From positions 1 through 36,353 of the forward strand of contig NKIB01015356.1 in assembly GCA_002256025.1 (NCBI GenBank): a stretch of 36,353 nucleotides of DNA. Reading direction: 5' to 3'. Position 1 is the stretch's first letter. Each line of letters opens with the position of its first letter. Both the position numbers and the translations under genes were made by a program. This DNA comes from Asterionella formosa. Lineage: Eukaryota. Below the pieces are notes generated by a model. The model was given only the letters and a program-made list of their open reading frames with translations, was not told where the DNA came from and made no database searches. Positions 10,207-19,641 of the stretch are shown here, one piece after another.

Positions 10207-11766
10207 ATGGCGCCCCAACAAGCAAGCGACGGCGAGCGGGCCTGGTGGGAAGGATCCGAACAGCTCCTGGATTTGATCGACAAGGGCGTTGATCTCTCTA
10301 TTGACTTGCTGTCCTGTGACGAGGGACGAAAAGGCGTTTTAGGTGGAGCGAATCTCTTGAACCGCAGGACAGAGGAGGCGCCAGTGGTCATTCGCGACTA
10401 CACCAGACTACACGACGAGTTTTTGGAGTCGCTGCTGCAAGAGCAAACGAAACTGGTGAAAGAGGAAGCTACCAGGGAAAGCCCACCCATGCTTCTGTCG
10501 CAGAGCTCATTATCCAGCTTCATATCGCCGGCTGCGTCTATGGAGACTGATCTTTCCATGTCGTCGCCGAAGCGGCGGCCACTGAAGCTACCCAGGCGGT
10601 CGCCCAACATTACTAGAAAAAGCCCTAGTAGGCCGAACAAAAGACAGGTTGTGGATGTCTCCACAATGGAAGTGCCCAGCGAGGATACCAGCATACCCCT
10701 GGACTCGTCGAGCATGTCAGTAATTTCCATCTTGACAGACAAGGACCTGGCTCCGCCGTGCACCTTTTTACATTCTTCCTGTCAATTGCAAAAAGACAAG
10801 GGCAAGGGCGAACCGCCAGGTTCGGATATTTGTGCCACTGGCGTGAACCCTTGTCTGGAGAAGATTCGACAAAAGATTGAACTATTGACGCAGGTAGCTT
10901 TGGATTCAAGGCGCAAGTCGACAAACATGAAGCGGCGCAAGGCGAAAGTCACGGAAGAATCGCAACGATTTACAGAAACACGATCAATTATTGAATTGCG
11001 CATGGGCTTTTTGTCGATGCAGTATGGCGTTTTGATAAGATGGGATGTTATAACTGGGAAGGCGGTTTTAGTTGTGCTGCGGAAAATGTGCCATGAGTCA
11101 TTTTACATTAAGGAATTGGTGAGCTCGCGCTCCTCGACTTCTAAGGGGTCGACTTCAAGTCACTATCATGTTTATAATGTTGTCGGCGGAAATGAAGCTA
11201 TCTTGCAACGCGATGATGCAACAGAAGTTACACTGTTGGAGGCTCCCTATCGAGTGGATCGACCAGTTGATTTCACTCCTACACTGTTGACAGTATCTGT
11301 ACTCAAAGTGGAGGGTTTGACAGTGAAGTACCAGTATGCAGTGGTGGTGACCTTTGAAGGTGTTTCTCAAAAGTGTCGACTGGAGCGTTGTGAGAACGTA
11401 ATGCTGCCGAAAGGAACCAATGATCCATTGGAGTGGCACGTTTCTCCGGGAGATATTGAACTTGATTTACACGTGACTATAGAAAAATGCCGTCGCCGTC
11501 ATAAGCTCAAGCGAGTTATGCATTCCATTATTGTTCCGGTCAACATTCTGGACAAGGGTCGCCTTTATCTGTTGAAGATGGACTCGTGTTCGCTGACATT
11601 GGGTATAGCACCGCAATCCGAGTTTGTTTCCTGGGTCCATGGTGAATTGGATGCTCGTCGGAAGGAGGAAGTACAAGACGCTAGCTTGCCCTTGTCCCCA
11701 CGCATGGTGGCTGTGGATACCGAGAATCTAGTCCCACTGTGGGATATTACTTGCTGCATGTGGTGA
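10207..11766 (+). CDS. Uncharacterised protein with disordered N-terminus, a globular-looking central block and a C2-like C-terminal beta domain
   Basis: 519-codon intronless ORF from the first ATG (10207). Beta-strand pattern LLTVSVLKVEGL...VVVTFEG...LEWHV...LHVTIEK suggests a C2 fold (inference). Confidence 0.75.
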   Translation: MAPQQASDGERAWWEGSEQLLDLIDKGVDLSIDLLSCDEGRKGVLGGANLLNRRTEEAPVVIRDYTRLHDEFLESLLQEQTKLVKEEATRESPPMLLSQSSLSSFISPAASMETDLSMSSPKRRPLKLPRRSPNITRKSPSRPNKRQVVDVSTMEVPSEDTSIPLDSSSMSVISILTDKDLAPPCTFLHSSCQLQKDKGKGEPPGSDICATGVNPCLEKIRQKIELLTQVALDSRRKSTNMKRRKAKVTEESQRFTETRSIIELRMGFLSMQYGVLIRWDVITGKAVLVVLRKMCHESFYIKELVSSRSSTSKGSTSSHYHVYNVVGGNEAILQRDDATEVTLLEAPYRVDRPVDFTPTLLTVSVLKVEGLTVKYQYAVVVTFEGVSQKCRLERCENVMLPKGTNDPLEWHVSPGDIELDLHVTIEKCRRRHKLKRVMHSIIVPVNILDKGRLYLLKMDSCSLTLGIAPQSEFVSWVHGELDARRKEEVQDASLPLSPRMVAVDTENLVPLWDITCCMW

Positions 11767-12115
11767 GCCCCTTGCCCTGCTGAGCAGCTAGGGCAAGTAC
11801 AGTAGACACTGCTATTTGTACTATACTTATAACACTCTATCATGCGACACGTTGAAAAGCCTGACTATAATTATTTGACTAGGTCGGTTTGTTGTTTTAC
11901 ATAATAGGTGATCACACGAAATCAATGTGGTGTAGATGACCTGAAAAAAAATTACATTTTAGTCTGTCATCTTGTAGACAACAGTGCATGTTGTGAGTTT
12001 TCGCGCAAGGAGTATACAGGTAGACGACTGTTTAGTCTTTTTGATCATGTACGGTAGTGGTGTAGATGTCCTGACGATGGTGAACTAGCATACTATTTAT
12101 GTACTAGTCAATAAT

Positions 12116-12176
12116 GAGGAATAGCTTAGTGGGAAGCTAATTTTCTGAGCTGTTGGTTCGATTCCCACATTCTCCA
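12116..12176 (+). other. tRNA-derived Pol III promoter head (degenerate tRNA or SINE 5' end)
   Basis: A box TAGCTTAGTGG (12122-12132), D-stem GCTT/AAGC, B box GGTTCGATTCC (12155-12165) within a T-arm. The anticodon arm is truncated and the acceptor stem is imperfect. Confidence 0.55.
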
Positions 12177-13496
12177 CCCTGCTTTGTTCATGTAAGTCCC
12201 TAGGGTTCCGGGGGTTGATACAGACAAAAAAGGTAGATCGAAGGCCCTCTGGGGGGCCGAGTATGAATTCACAACCTCCAGAAACGTTGAGTTCTTTAAC
12301 AATCGTGCATAAGAAGAAATTTGCAACAATCTTTTATGTATTATTAGACTATTTTCACCATTTTGCACTCTCCTATCCAATGTACATAACTGTTCTCAGA
12401 TTTCTCTATGTAGGAATGTAGACGACTATCTAGTATTGGCCAATTGCATAAATATATTTAACTGCATCAACATACTGGGTAATCAAAAATATTTGCTTCA
12501 CGATTCACACACTCAAGAGGTACCTGGTCGTACCAGTACCGCAGTTTAGGACTCCGGAGTGTCTACCAGTTAGTTACCTGGTACCGTAAATGTATACCGG
12601 TATCGGTAGTCTACCTACGGTATTTATATTGTAAATGCTATGAAATTTTCAAAAAGGGGACCTGGTTGTTGTTTCGTGTCATGTACCGGTATATCGTGAG
12701 GTACTCCAGGTACCAGTGAAATTGAAATATTCATGACTCCACCCCTCGGAGCAAGTCGGCAGGTCATGACATCGTCTCTATGTCTCCCATATGTCCCTGG
12801 TAAGTACTACCGGTATGATTAAATTGTTAGGATTAGTACTGGTTGGGGTGACAAATTGAAAAATGTCAAAGCAACAGCAAGCTGATTTGATCGAATTAAT
12901 GCATATACGTGTATTTGTATACAGCAAATACACATGTAGTCTGCCGGAATATTAGTTTTACCCTGGTACCAGAGACAATAGCATAAAAATGAACATAGTA
13001 TGCAGGTATAAGAATACCGGCAGTCTGCTGTGCTATTGCTTGTTTGCACCATCATCACATATTCACATCTGTATTTTAATATTGTAGAGAGCAGGCGGAG
13101 GACAAAAATACAAAAGCAGGCCAGAACGAGATGTACACTCTGAAATACCGAAGGTGATCCAGTAGTATGGACGGTAACAGGTACGTAGTGTACATGTAGG
13201 TTATAACACATGACTCAAGTGGTGGTATAATACCTGGTACCCCCTGGTACTGTACTACGTATGAATGTCTGCTCCTACCGCGATCAGTTGTGTGCCGATA
13301 GTTACTGGTACCAGGTACCAGGTACCATGTATCTGGCAGCTGGAACCAGTACCAGGGCGGTACCTGGTACTGGTACCCTTGTACCATCCATGTCTGGTTC
13401 TTCTGTAATGATTCTACATACGATTCAGTCCATGCATGATACCGGTATCTATAAAATTGCAGCAGGAACGATCAAACAGCCAAGCCATTACACAAA

Positions 13497-16400
13497 ATGA
13501 CCATGATGGTGCCGCGTCCACAAGACGGTTCTGCCGCTTGTGGTTTGCAGCAAGTTTCACCACCACCACCACCACCACGGCGATTCTTGATCCATAAGGA
13601 TGCCACAGCCTATCATCCTGAATTCATGTTTTGTGGTGAATGCACTACTTGCGATGAAGACACGACGACGATTGCTGGGACTGATCTGAATCTGAATCTG
13701 AATCATTCAGATCTGAACATGACACGACATGTCCTACTAGTCGAGAATCTCACTTGTCCATCTCAAGTATTGGATTTGTCCCTACAACTGAAAGAATTGC
13801 CGGGCGTCATTAGAGTCATGATCAAATTGCACGAACAATCAGTCTTAGTGGATGCAACTGCGGAAACGTCGAAATTGCAACTATGTCAACGAATGAATCA
13901 AATGGGATATGTCATTATGTCAGAGAAACATGACACTAGTACAACTCCAAAACAACAGCAAATTGTTAAATCGTCACTTTTTGTCAAGGGTATTTGTTGT
14001 GCCAGTGAATGTCCATCCGTCAAAAAGATTCTGAAACAACTCGAGGGAGTGTCCAAGATTCAAATCAATATTACAACAAAGGTTGTGTACGTTCATCATG
14101 ACGTCACTTGCATTCAAGCCACGGACCTTGTAAATCGATTGACGAAACAAGGCTTTCCATCCACAATTATCAAGGATGGAAATGAACTACAATCCTCATC
14201 GTCATCAGTAGTAGTACCAGTATTGGCTAGGACGACACTAAATGTGGATGGAACTATCATGACGGAACATGATGTTTCTACCATTCAGCAGTTTTTGTCT
14301 CCTATACAGGGAGTGGAAGGTGTTGCGGCCAATGTCATGGATTCTGTGGTTTGTATTAATCATAATGTCAATGTTGTGTCTGCGACTCGCTTGTCACAAC
14401 TACTAATGCCACTATATTCAAATTCCATAATATCGACAACGTCCACGGAGATACAACATTCAATGAACAACAATCCATCCGCTTTTTTTGAAACGACACT
14501 ACTAGTGTCAAACCTAACATTACAACATGTACCAATAATGGAAAGGGCCATTCAACAACACTATGTTGCCACTCAAATACGAGCATTTTATCCTCATGTG
14601 CCAAGCAAAACTATTAAAGTACAACACAATCCAACGTTATTGCAAGCTACAACCATTTGTCAATTGTTGGAACGATATGGTATGGCCGTGACCATTCACA
14701 GAGATGGTGCTGTGGAAAATTTGGCCTTGCCCATGGAAAATCCACCCATCCATGGTGGGATGCAGCAAGACGACTCCAGTAGGATTCATATCAATGTTTT
14801 GCTCAGTGGTGTCTTTTGGGTCATTTCACTACTCACTTACATTGGTGGAGAATGGGAGAACTTGAGATATGCTGGTCTCTTCAGTGTTGTTTTTGGTATG
14901 CCCCCCGTCATTGCCAAGGCATGGCGAACGTTGAAACGATGTGAATTTGATGCAAATTGTATGATGGTCGTGGCAGCATTTGGGGCATTGGCATTGCAAG
15001 AATATGACGAAGCAGCAAGTGTTTCTTTTTTGTTTGCTGTATCCGAATACCTTGAATCTAGAGCCACATTGCGCTCTAGAAAGGCACTGGGAGCCATTAT
15101 TGCACTGCGACCTGAGCATTGTAACATACTACATCCCATTACACGAGAATTGGCCATTTTACCAGCTGACAAGGTTCCGGTGGGGTCCTTGATTGCAGTG
15201 CGGACAGGAGACAAGATTGCTGCTGATGGCGTAGTGGTGGAAGGGACAAGTTCTATTGATGAGTCATCCCTCACAGGCGAAGCCCTTCCTGTCCTGAAGC
15301 GCCCAGATGACGTTGTGGCTGGTGGGTCCATTAACGTGGGAGATTCTCAACTTGTTATTAGAACCACGTCGTCGGTTGATGATTCGGCTGTCTCACGTTT
15401 GATTCGGTTGGTGGAAGAAGCTCAAGCCAATCGCAGTCCGACGGAGAAGTTAGTCGATGCATTCGCCAGGAGATATACTCCCGCTGTCATGCTGTTAGCG
15501 ACAATCATGTGTACACTGCCCTGGTTATATGGAAGGGAAGTGGGGAGGTACTGGACATTGAATGGATTGATCATTATTGTCATTGCTTGTCCTTGTGCAC
15601 TTACGATTAGTACACCAGTCACATATGCGGCTGGTTTGGCAGCGACAGCGCAACGTGGTGTCATTGTCAAGGGAGGGGCCAATTTAGAAGCGTTGGGTAG
15701 TGTGCAAAAGGTCATTTTTGACAAAACGGGCACATTAACAAATGGGAAGTTTGTCTTGTCTCATTTGCAACTAATTGGAAATGCCATGACACGGTCGGAA
15801 ATGTTGGGACTACTTGCCTTGATTGAATCCTCTTCGAGCCATCCATTGTCGGCAACACTAGTAATGGCTGCCAAAGCAGAAGGTGTGCCCATGCCGAGGG
15901 AGAAGCTCATGGTGGATCATACTGTGATCAAGGGCGAAGGAGTCCAAGCATCAATTGATGGAAAATTTGTGTATGCTGGCAACAGGCGCCTTTTCGAAAG
16001 ACTGGGCTTATATGATTCTCTGCAGTCCTACAAGGCACTGACCGAGGGATGGAGTAGAAATGGAGGAACTGTCGGATTTCTCGGGGTAGAAGGATTTGGT
16101 ATTGTGGGTGCTTTCTCTGTCTCCGATGCCGTTCGCCCAGAAGCCAAGGATGTGATTCGTCAGTTGACAGATGAAGGGATTGAGGTGATCATGTTGACGG
16201 GTGACAGTGAAGGAGCTGCCAAAGCCGTCGCAAGACAAGTTGGATTGCCGGACAGCGCGGTCCACAGTCAATTGTTGCCAGAGGATAAGCTTCACTATGT
16301 TGGAAGCCTGATTGAACCTCCTGTCAAGCGATGTTCTCCGTGTGCCAAGAAGAGATTAGTCCTCATGTGTGGCGATGGCATTAATGATGCCCCTGCGTTG

Positions 16401-16775
16401 GCAGTGGCTGATGTTGGTGTGGCAATGGGAGAAGGAGCAGCAGTTGCCATGGAAATGAGTGACATAACCTTGATGGACTCGAATCTCTCCAAGCTCCTTT
16501 ACACCATCAAGATGGGGAGTCGAGTGGTCGCTACTATTCAAGAAAACATTATGCTTAGTTTGGTCGCCAAGCTTTTGGTGGTTGGGCTTACCTTTGCAGG
16601 TAAAATGACTCTGCTATCAGCAATTGCGTCCGACGTTGGTGTCATGTTAATTGTAACTCTGAATGGGATGAAACTCTTACCTTCGAGAGGAAGAGAAAAA
16701 ACCAGGCGCATTGACATGAAGCAGCGGTACAATGAAGTTGTTCCTGATGTCCCTGATCGATCAGAGATTGTATAA
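13497..16775 (+). CDS. P1B-2 type Zn/Cd-transporting heavy-metal ATPase (HMA2/3/4-like)
   Basis: SLTGE, CPC in TM6, DKTGT, SSHP, MLTGD and GDGINDAPAL motifs. Lys in TM7 and DVG in TM8 are the P1B-2 signature. One N-terminal HMA domain has GICCASE. Confidence 0.95.
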   Translation: MTMMVPRPQDGSAACGLQQVSPPPPPPRRFLIHKDATAYHPEFMFCGECTTCDEDTTTIAGTDLNLNLNHSDLNMTRHVLLVENLTCPSQVLDLSLQLKELPGVIRVMIKLHEQSVLVDATAETSKLQLCQRMNQMGYVIMSEKHDTSTTPKQQQIVKSSLFVKGICCASECPSVKKILKQLEGVSKIQINITTKVVYVHHDVTCIQATDLVNRLTKQGFPSTIIKDGNELQSSSSSVVVPVLARTTLNVDGTIMTEHDVSTIQQFLSPIQGVEGVAANVMDSVVCINHNVNVVSATRLSQLLMPLYSNSIISTTSTEIQHSMNNNPSAFFETTLLVSNLTLQHVPIMERAIQQHYVATQIRAFYPHVPSKTIKVQHNPTLLQATTICQLLERYGMAVTIHRDGAVENLALPMENPPIHGGMQQDDSSRIHINVLLSGVFWVISLLTYIGGEWENLRYAGLFSVVFGMPPVIAKAWRTLKRCEFDANCMMVVAAFGALALQEYDEAASVSFLFAVSEYLESRATLRSRKALGAIIALRPEHCNILHPITRELAILPADKVPVGSLIAVRTGDKIAADGVVVEGTSSIDESSLTGEALPVLKRPDDVVAGGSINVGDSQLVIRTTSSVDDSAVSRLIRLVEEAQANRSPTEKLVDAFARRYTPAVMLLATIMCTLPWLYGREVGRYWTLNGLIIIVIACPCALTISTPVTYAAGLAATAQRGVIVKGGANLEALGSVQKVIFDKTGTLTNGKFVLSHLQLIGNAMTRSEMLGLLALIESSSSHPLSATLVMAAKAEGVPMPREKLMVDHTVIKGEGVQASIDGKFVYAGNRRLFERLGLYDSLQSYKALTEGWSRNGGTVGFLGVEGFGIVGAFSVSDAVRPEAKDVIRQLTDEGIEVIMLTGDSEGAAKAVARQVGLPDSAVHSQLLPEDKLHYVGSLIEPPVKRCSPCAKKRLVLMCGDGINDAPALAVADVGVAMGEGAAVAMEMSDITLMDSNLSKLLYTIKMGSRVVATIQENIMLSLVAKLLVVGLTFAGKMTLLSAIASDVGVMLIVTLNGMKLLPSRGREKTRRIDMKQRYNEVVPDVPDRSEIV

Positions 16776-17217
16776 CGTTCTAAAGTTGTGTTTATCTAGA
16801 TACGCTATGAAATATGTTCCTCTCTTTCTTGTAATTGAGAGTGTTATGTTGCTCAGTATCTTCAACTGTTGAATGCTGTTTGGGAAATGCACAGCGTGGT
16901 TGAATATATATTTGGGATACCTGCAATTTCGCGCAGGGTTGTTTTACTATGGTGGTTTGTAGTAAACATTAGGACGAGCAGTTAATCACTACGAGCCTGA
17001 CATTACATCCTTACATCCCAGCATCACTGAATGGATCCAACATTTCAAAAAAAATCATAGTCTTCCATCATGATCTGTTGGAACATGACTTGTAACAAAT
17101 AGGTAGATTTGGTGGAAATATAGTTCTCAATCATCCTAATTATTCCATGGAATCAATAATATTTGTTCCACTTTTCCCCTCTGCGAAACACGCACGAAAG
17201 ACCGTTGAACATTATCC

Positions 17218-17913
17218 TTATTCATTCTTCCATGGAAACCATGTTATTACTGATTTCCGGACTTTTTGAAATGTCGTCGACGGTTCGTTTGTGTTGTCAT
17301 TTGATTCTTTTGTGTGTTTTCTCATTTCATAATAATGATGGATCAACTCTCGTGGCAATGTTGTTGCTAGACCGTATATTCCAACTGCTGCCAAAGACCA
17401 CCAGAAGAACCACCGTAGTGCTTGATCTCGTCTCGACCGAATGTGGTTGCCCACAGTTCCCAGTTGTTGTTTTATTGCATTTGTTGTCATTGCTGTTTGT
17501 TGCCTTAATGCGCTCGATGCCGCCTCCCCTATGGCCTTGGTTGCATAGGATAGGGCTCCCGCTGCTTTCTGAAGTATTGCATTGGAAGCCATCGTAATGC
17601 GGTTGTTGTTCTTGGCAGTAGTAGTAGTAGTAGTAGTTGTAATAATCTTCTGAGTTGCATGCTGCCATGTTTGCTTCACTCTGGTCATTATTCCTAATGT
17701 AGAAACAGTTTCACTTGTTTTTCTACATGTGTCATTTATTTTGGAGGATGCATTTCCAAGTTGCTGTTTTGATTTAGTGAAGAATCGTTCCTTCCAACTT
17801 GGCAGTGATTGCTGCTGTTGCTGAGACATGGATCGAATCTCATGGAAACGGACAATCACTGCATTCTTTCTAATAATGATTTGATGAGCCCTTTTTGCAA
17901 ACAACAAACTCAT
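17218..17913 (-). CDS. Hypothetical basic protein with putative mitochondrial presequence and a single TM helix
   Basis: 231-codon ORF from ATG 17913. Basic amphipathic N-terminus (MSLLFAKRAHQIIIRK), hydrophobic segment WFFWWSLAAVGIYGLATTLP, and poly-Q and poly-Thr tracts. Confidence 0.65.
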   Translation of the reverse strand: MSLLFAKRAHQIIIRKNAVIVRFHEIRSMSQQQQQSLPSWKERFFTKSKQQLGNASSKINDTCRKTSETVSTLGIMTRVKQTWQHATQKIITTTTTTTTAKNNNRITMASNAILQKAAGALSYATKAIGEAASSALRQQTAMTTNAIKQQLGTVGNHIRSRRDQALRWFFWWSLAAVGIYGLATTLPRELIHHYYEMRKHTKESNDNTNEPSTTFQKVRKSVITWFPWKNE

Positions 17914-18325
17914 GATATGCACATAAATATATGTATAAATGTTTGTGCTCGTCTATCTAGATTTGCTGTAATGATTGAATGTGGTGAACGATCGGATATT
18001 GAACCGCTGTGAACAAATGAATGAAAATTAACATTATCATAATATCATGATTAGGAATACTGTACCGGTATTTATGATCAAAAAATAATGAGGATACTAC
18101 CGGTACATACGCAAAGTAATGCTGCCTTGCTTTTCCATTCCTGCGCTGCTCTCGAAGAAACGAACAAGCATCGCAAAAGCCAGTGTGTTCAGTGGCGAGT
18201 GGGACGGATAAACAACTCAAATTTGACACAACCACAGAGACAATGAGAAAATTCTGTTCTTACATTATACATGTCTGGATATCTTCAAACAGGAGTTAAA
18301 ACCTGCAGCCATATTGCTCTTTTGA

Positions 18326-19609
18326 ATGAATACAAAATATACGAAACCTTTATTACAAAATCTCAATTCCAAGAACAACAGCGACAGTAACGACGACGAA
18401 GAAGAAGAACAACAACTGATCCATGCTCCCATCATTATCATCATGTCAGAATCTTCCGAAGCCACAAGCCGAGCATTAACTATGGAAGAACTAACGAGCC
18501 TTCGATGCAAGGCCAAGGAGCTTCTTGACGGCTTGACGCCTCCGGCCATTAGTAATAACACGCACAGCCATGAATCCTGGCTTCGTGGGACCGTGAGCAT
18601 TCGTTGTGATGATTTTCATGTATCCGAGACTTGTCGATTCTTCGACTATTACGGGTTCACTCTCCTTCCTGGATTTGCTAATCCTAGCACTGTAGTGCAA
18701 CAACTCAAGCAACAAATGGCAGATCTGACAGAAGCATGGGATCCAGAACAAAATACAATGTCCTTTGCAACTGACGCCAAGGCCAATGAATCACAGGGAT
18801 CCGATGATTATTTCCTAGAATCTGCCAGTCGAGTTCACTTTTTTGCTGAATCGCATGCCCTGGACGACAAAACCAACAAACTCAAACCTTATTACGCTGA
18901 CAACAAACTAGCTGCCCTTTGCAAGGCTGGTCATGGGTTGCATATGATACCAGGACCATTCCATACATACACCACATCGAACCAAGTGAAACAATTGGTT
19001 GCTGAATTGGGGTGGAAGGACCCAGTCGTGCCACAAAGTATGTACATTTGTAAAAATCCAAAAATCGGGACCACGTGTCATTCACATCAAGACTCGACCT
19101 TTTTATTTACGGAACCGAAACAATCGTGTCTTGGATTATGGTTGGCCCTGGATGATGCGACTCTAGAAAATGGGTGTCTTTGGGTACGGCCAAAATCACA
19201 TTGGGAATCTGTCAGACGACAATTCAAACGAAATGTTCATCATTTTGGTCAAGAGGCGATTCAAAATGTATCCAATGTGGGACGAGGAAATTTAGAAGCA
19301 CCCAAAATGGTGTTTGAAACATTACAACCCGAGTCTACGATACCGTGGGAAGGGACCTTGCCAGATGGGTCTGAACCACCATGCCAAGGGTTGTTGAAGG
19401 CTGGCTTCATTCCCATCGAATGCAAGGCTGGGGATCTCTTGGCCTTTTGTGGAGAATTGGATCATTTTAGTTTGCCCAACTATTCGGATTCACAACGACA
19501 CACATTTCAACTTCATCTTGTTGAAGGATCGGGCCAAGGAATTATGTGGTCCAAGAGTAATTGGTTACAATACCCCAAAGGAGTGGATTTTCTTAGCATT
19601 AAAATTTAA
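18326..19609 (+). CDS. PHYHD1: Phytanoyl-CoA dioxygenase-domain protein (PhyH, Fe(II)/2-oxoglutarate dioxygenase), PHYHD1-like; start may be 18443
   Basis: Motifs DDYFLESA, KAGHGLH, PQSMYICK, HQDSTFL (HxD), WLALDDATLENGCLW, distal His (LDHFS) and RHTFQLH. Confidence 0.88.
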   Translation: MNTKYTKPLLQNLNSKNNSDSNDDEEEEQQLIHAPIIIIMSESSEATSRALTMEELTSLRCKAKELLDGLTPPAISNNTHSHESWLRGTVSIRCDDFHVSETCRFFDYYGFTLLPGFANPSTVVQQLKQQMADLTEAWDPEQNTMSFATDAKANESQGSDDYFLESASRVHFFAESHALDDKTNKLKPYYADNKLAALCKAGHGLHMIPGPFHTYTTSNQVKQLVAELGWKDPVVPQSMYICKNPKIGTTCHSHQDSTFLFTEPKQSCLGLWLALDDATLENGCLWVRPKSHWESVRRQFKRNVHHFGQEAIQNVSNVGRGNLEAPKMVFETLQPESTIPWEGTLPDGSEPPCQGLLKAGFIPIECKAGDLLAFCGELDHFSLPNYSDSQRHTFQLHLVEGSGQGIMWSKSNWLQYPKGVDFLSIKI

Positions 19610-19641
19610 TTACCAATAGAAAAAACTAATCGTACACATAC

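Noticed and set aside
12116..12176. Functional tRNA gene
   Set aside because: Only ~13 nt separate the D and T arms, so there is no anticodon arm. The acceptor stem pairs poorly and an internal T4 run is present.
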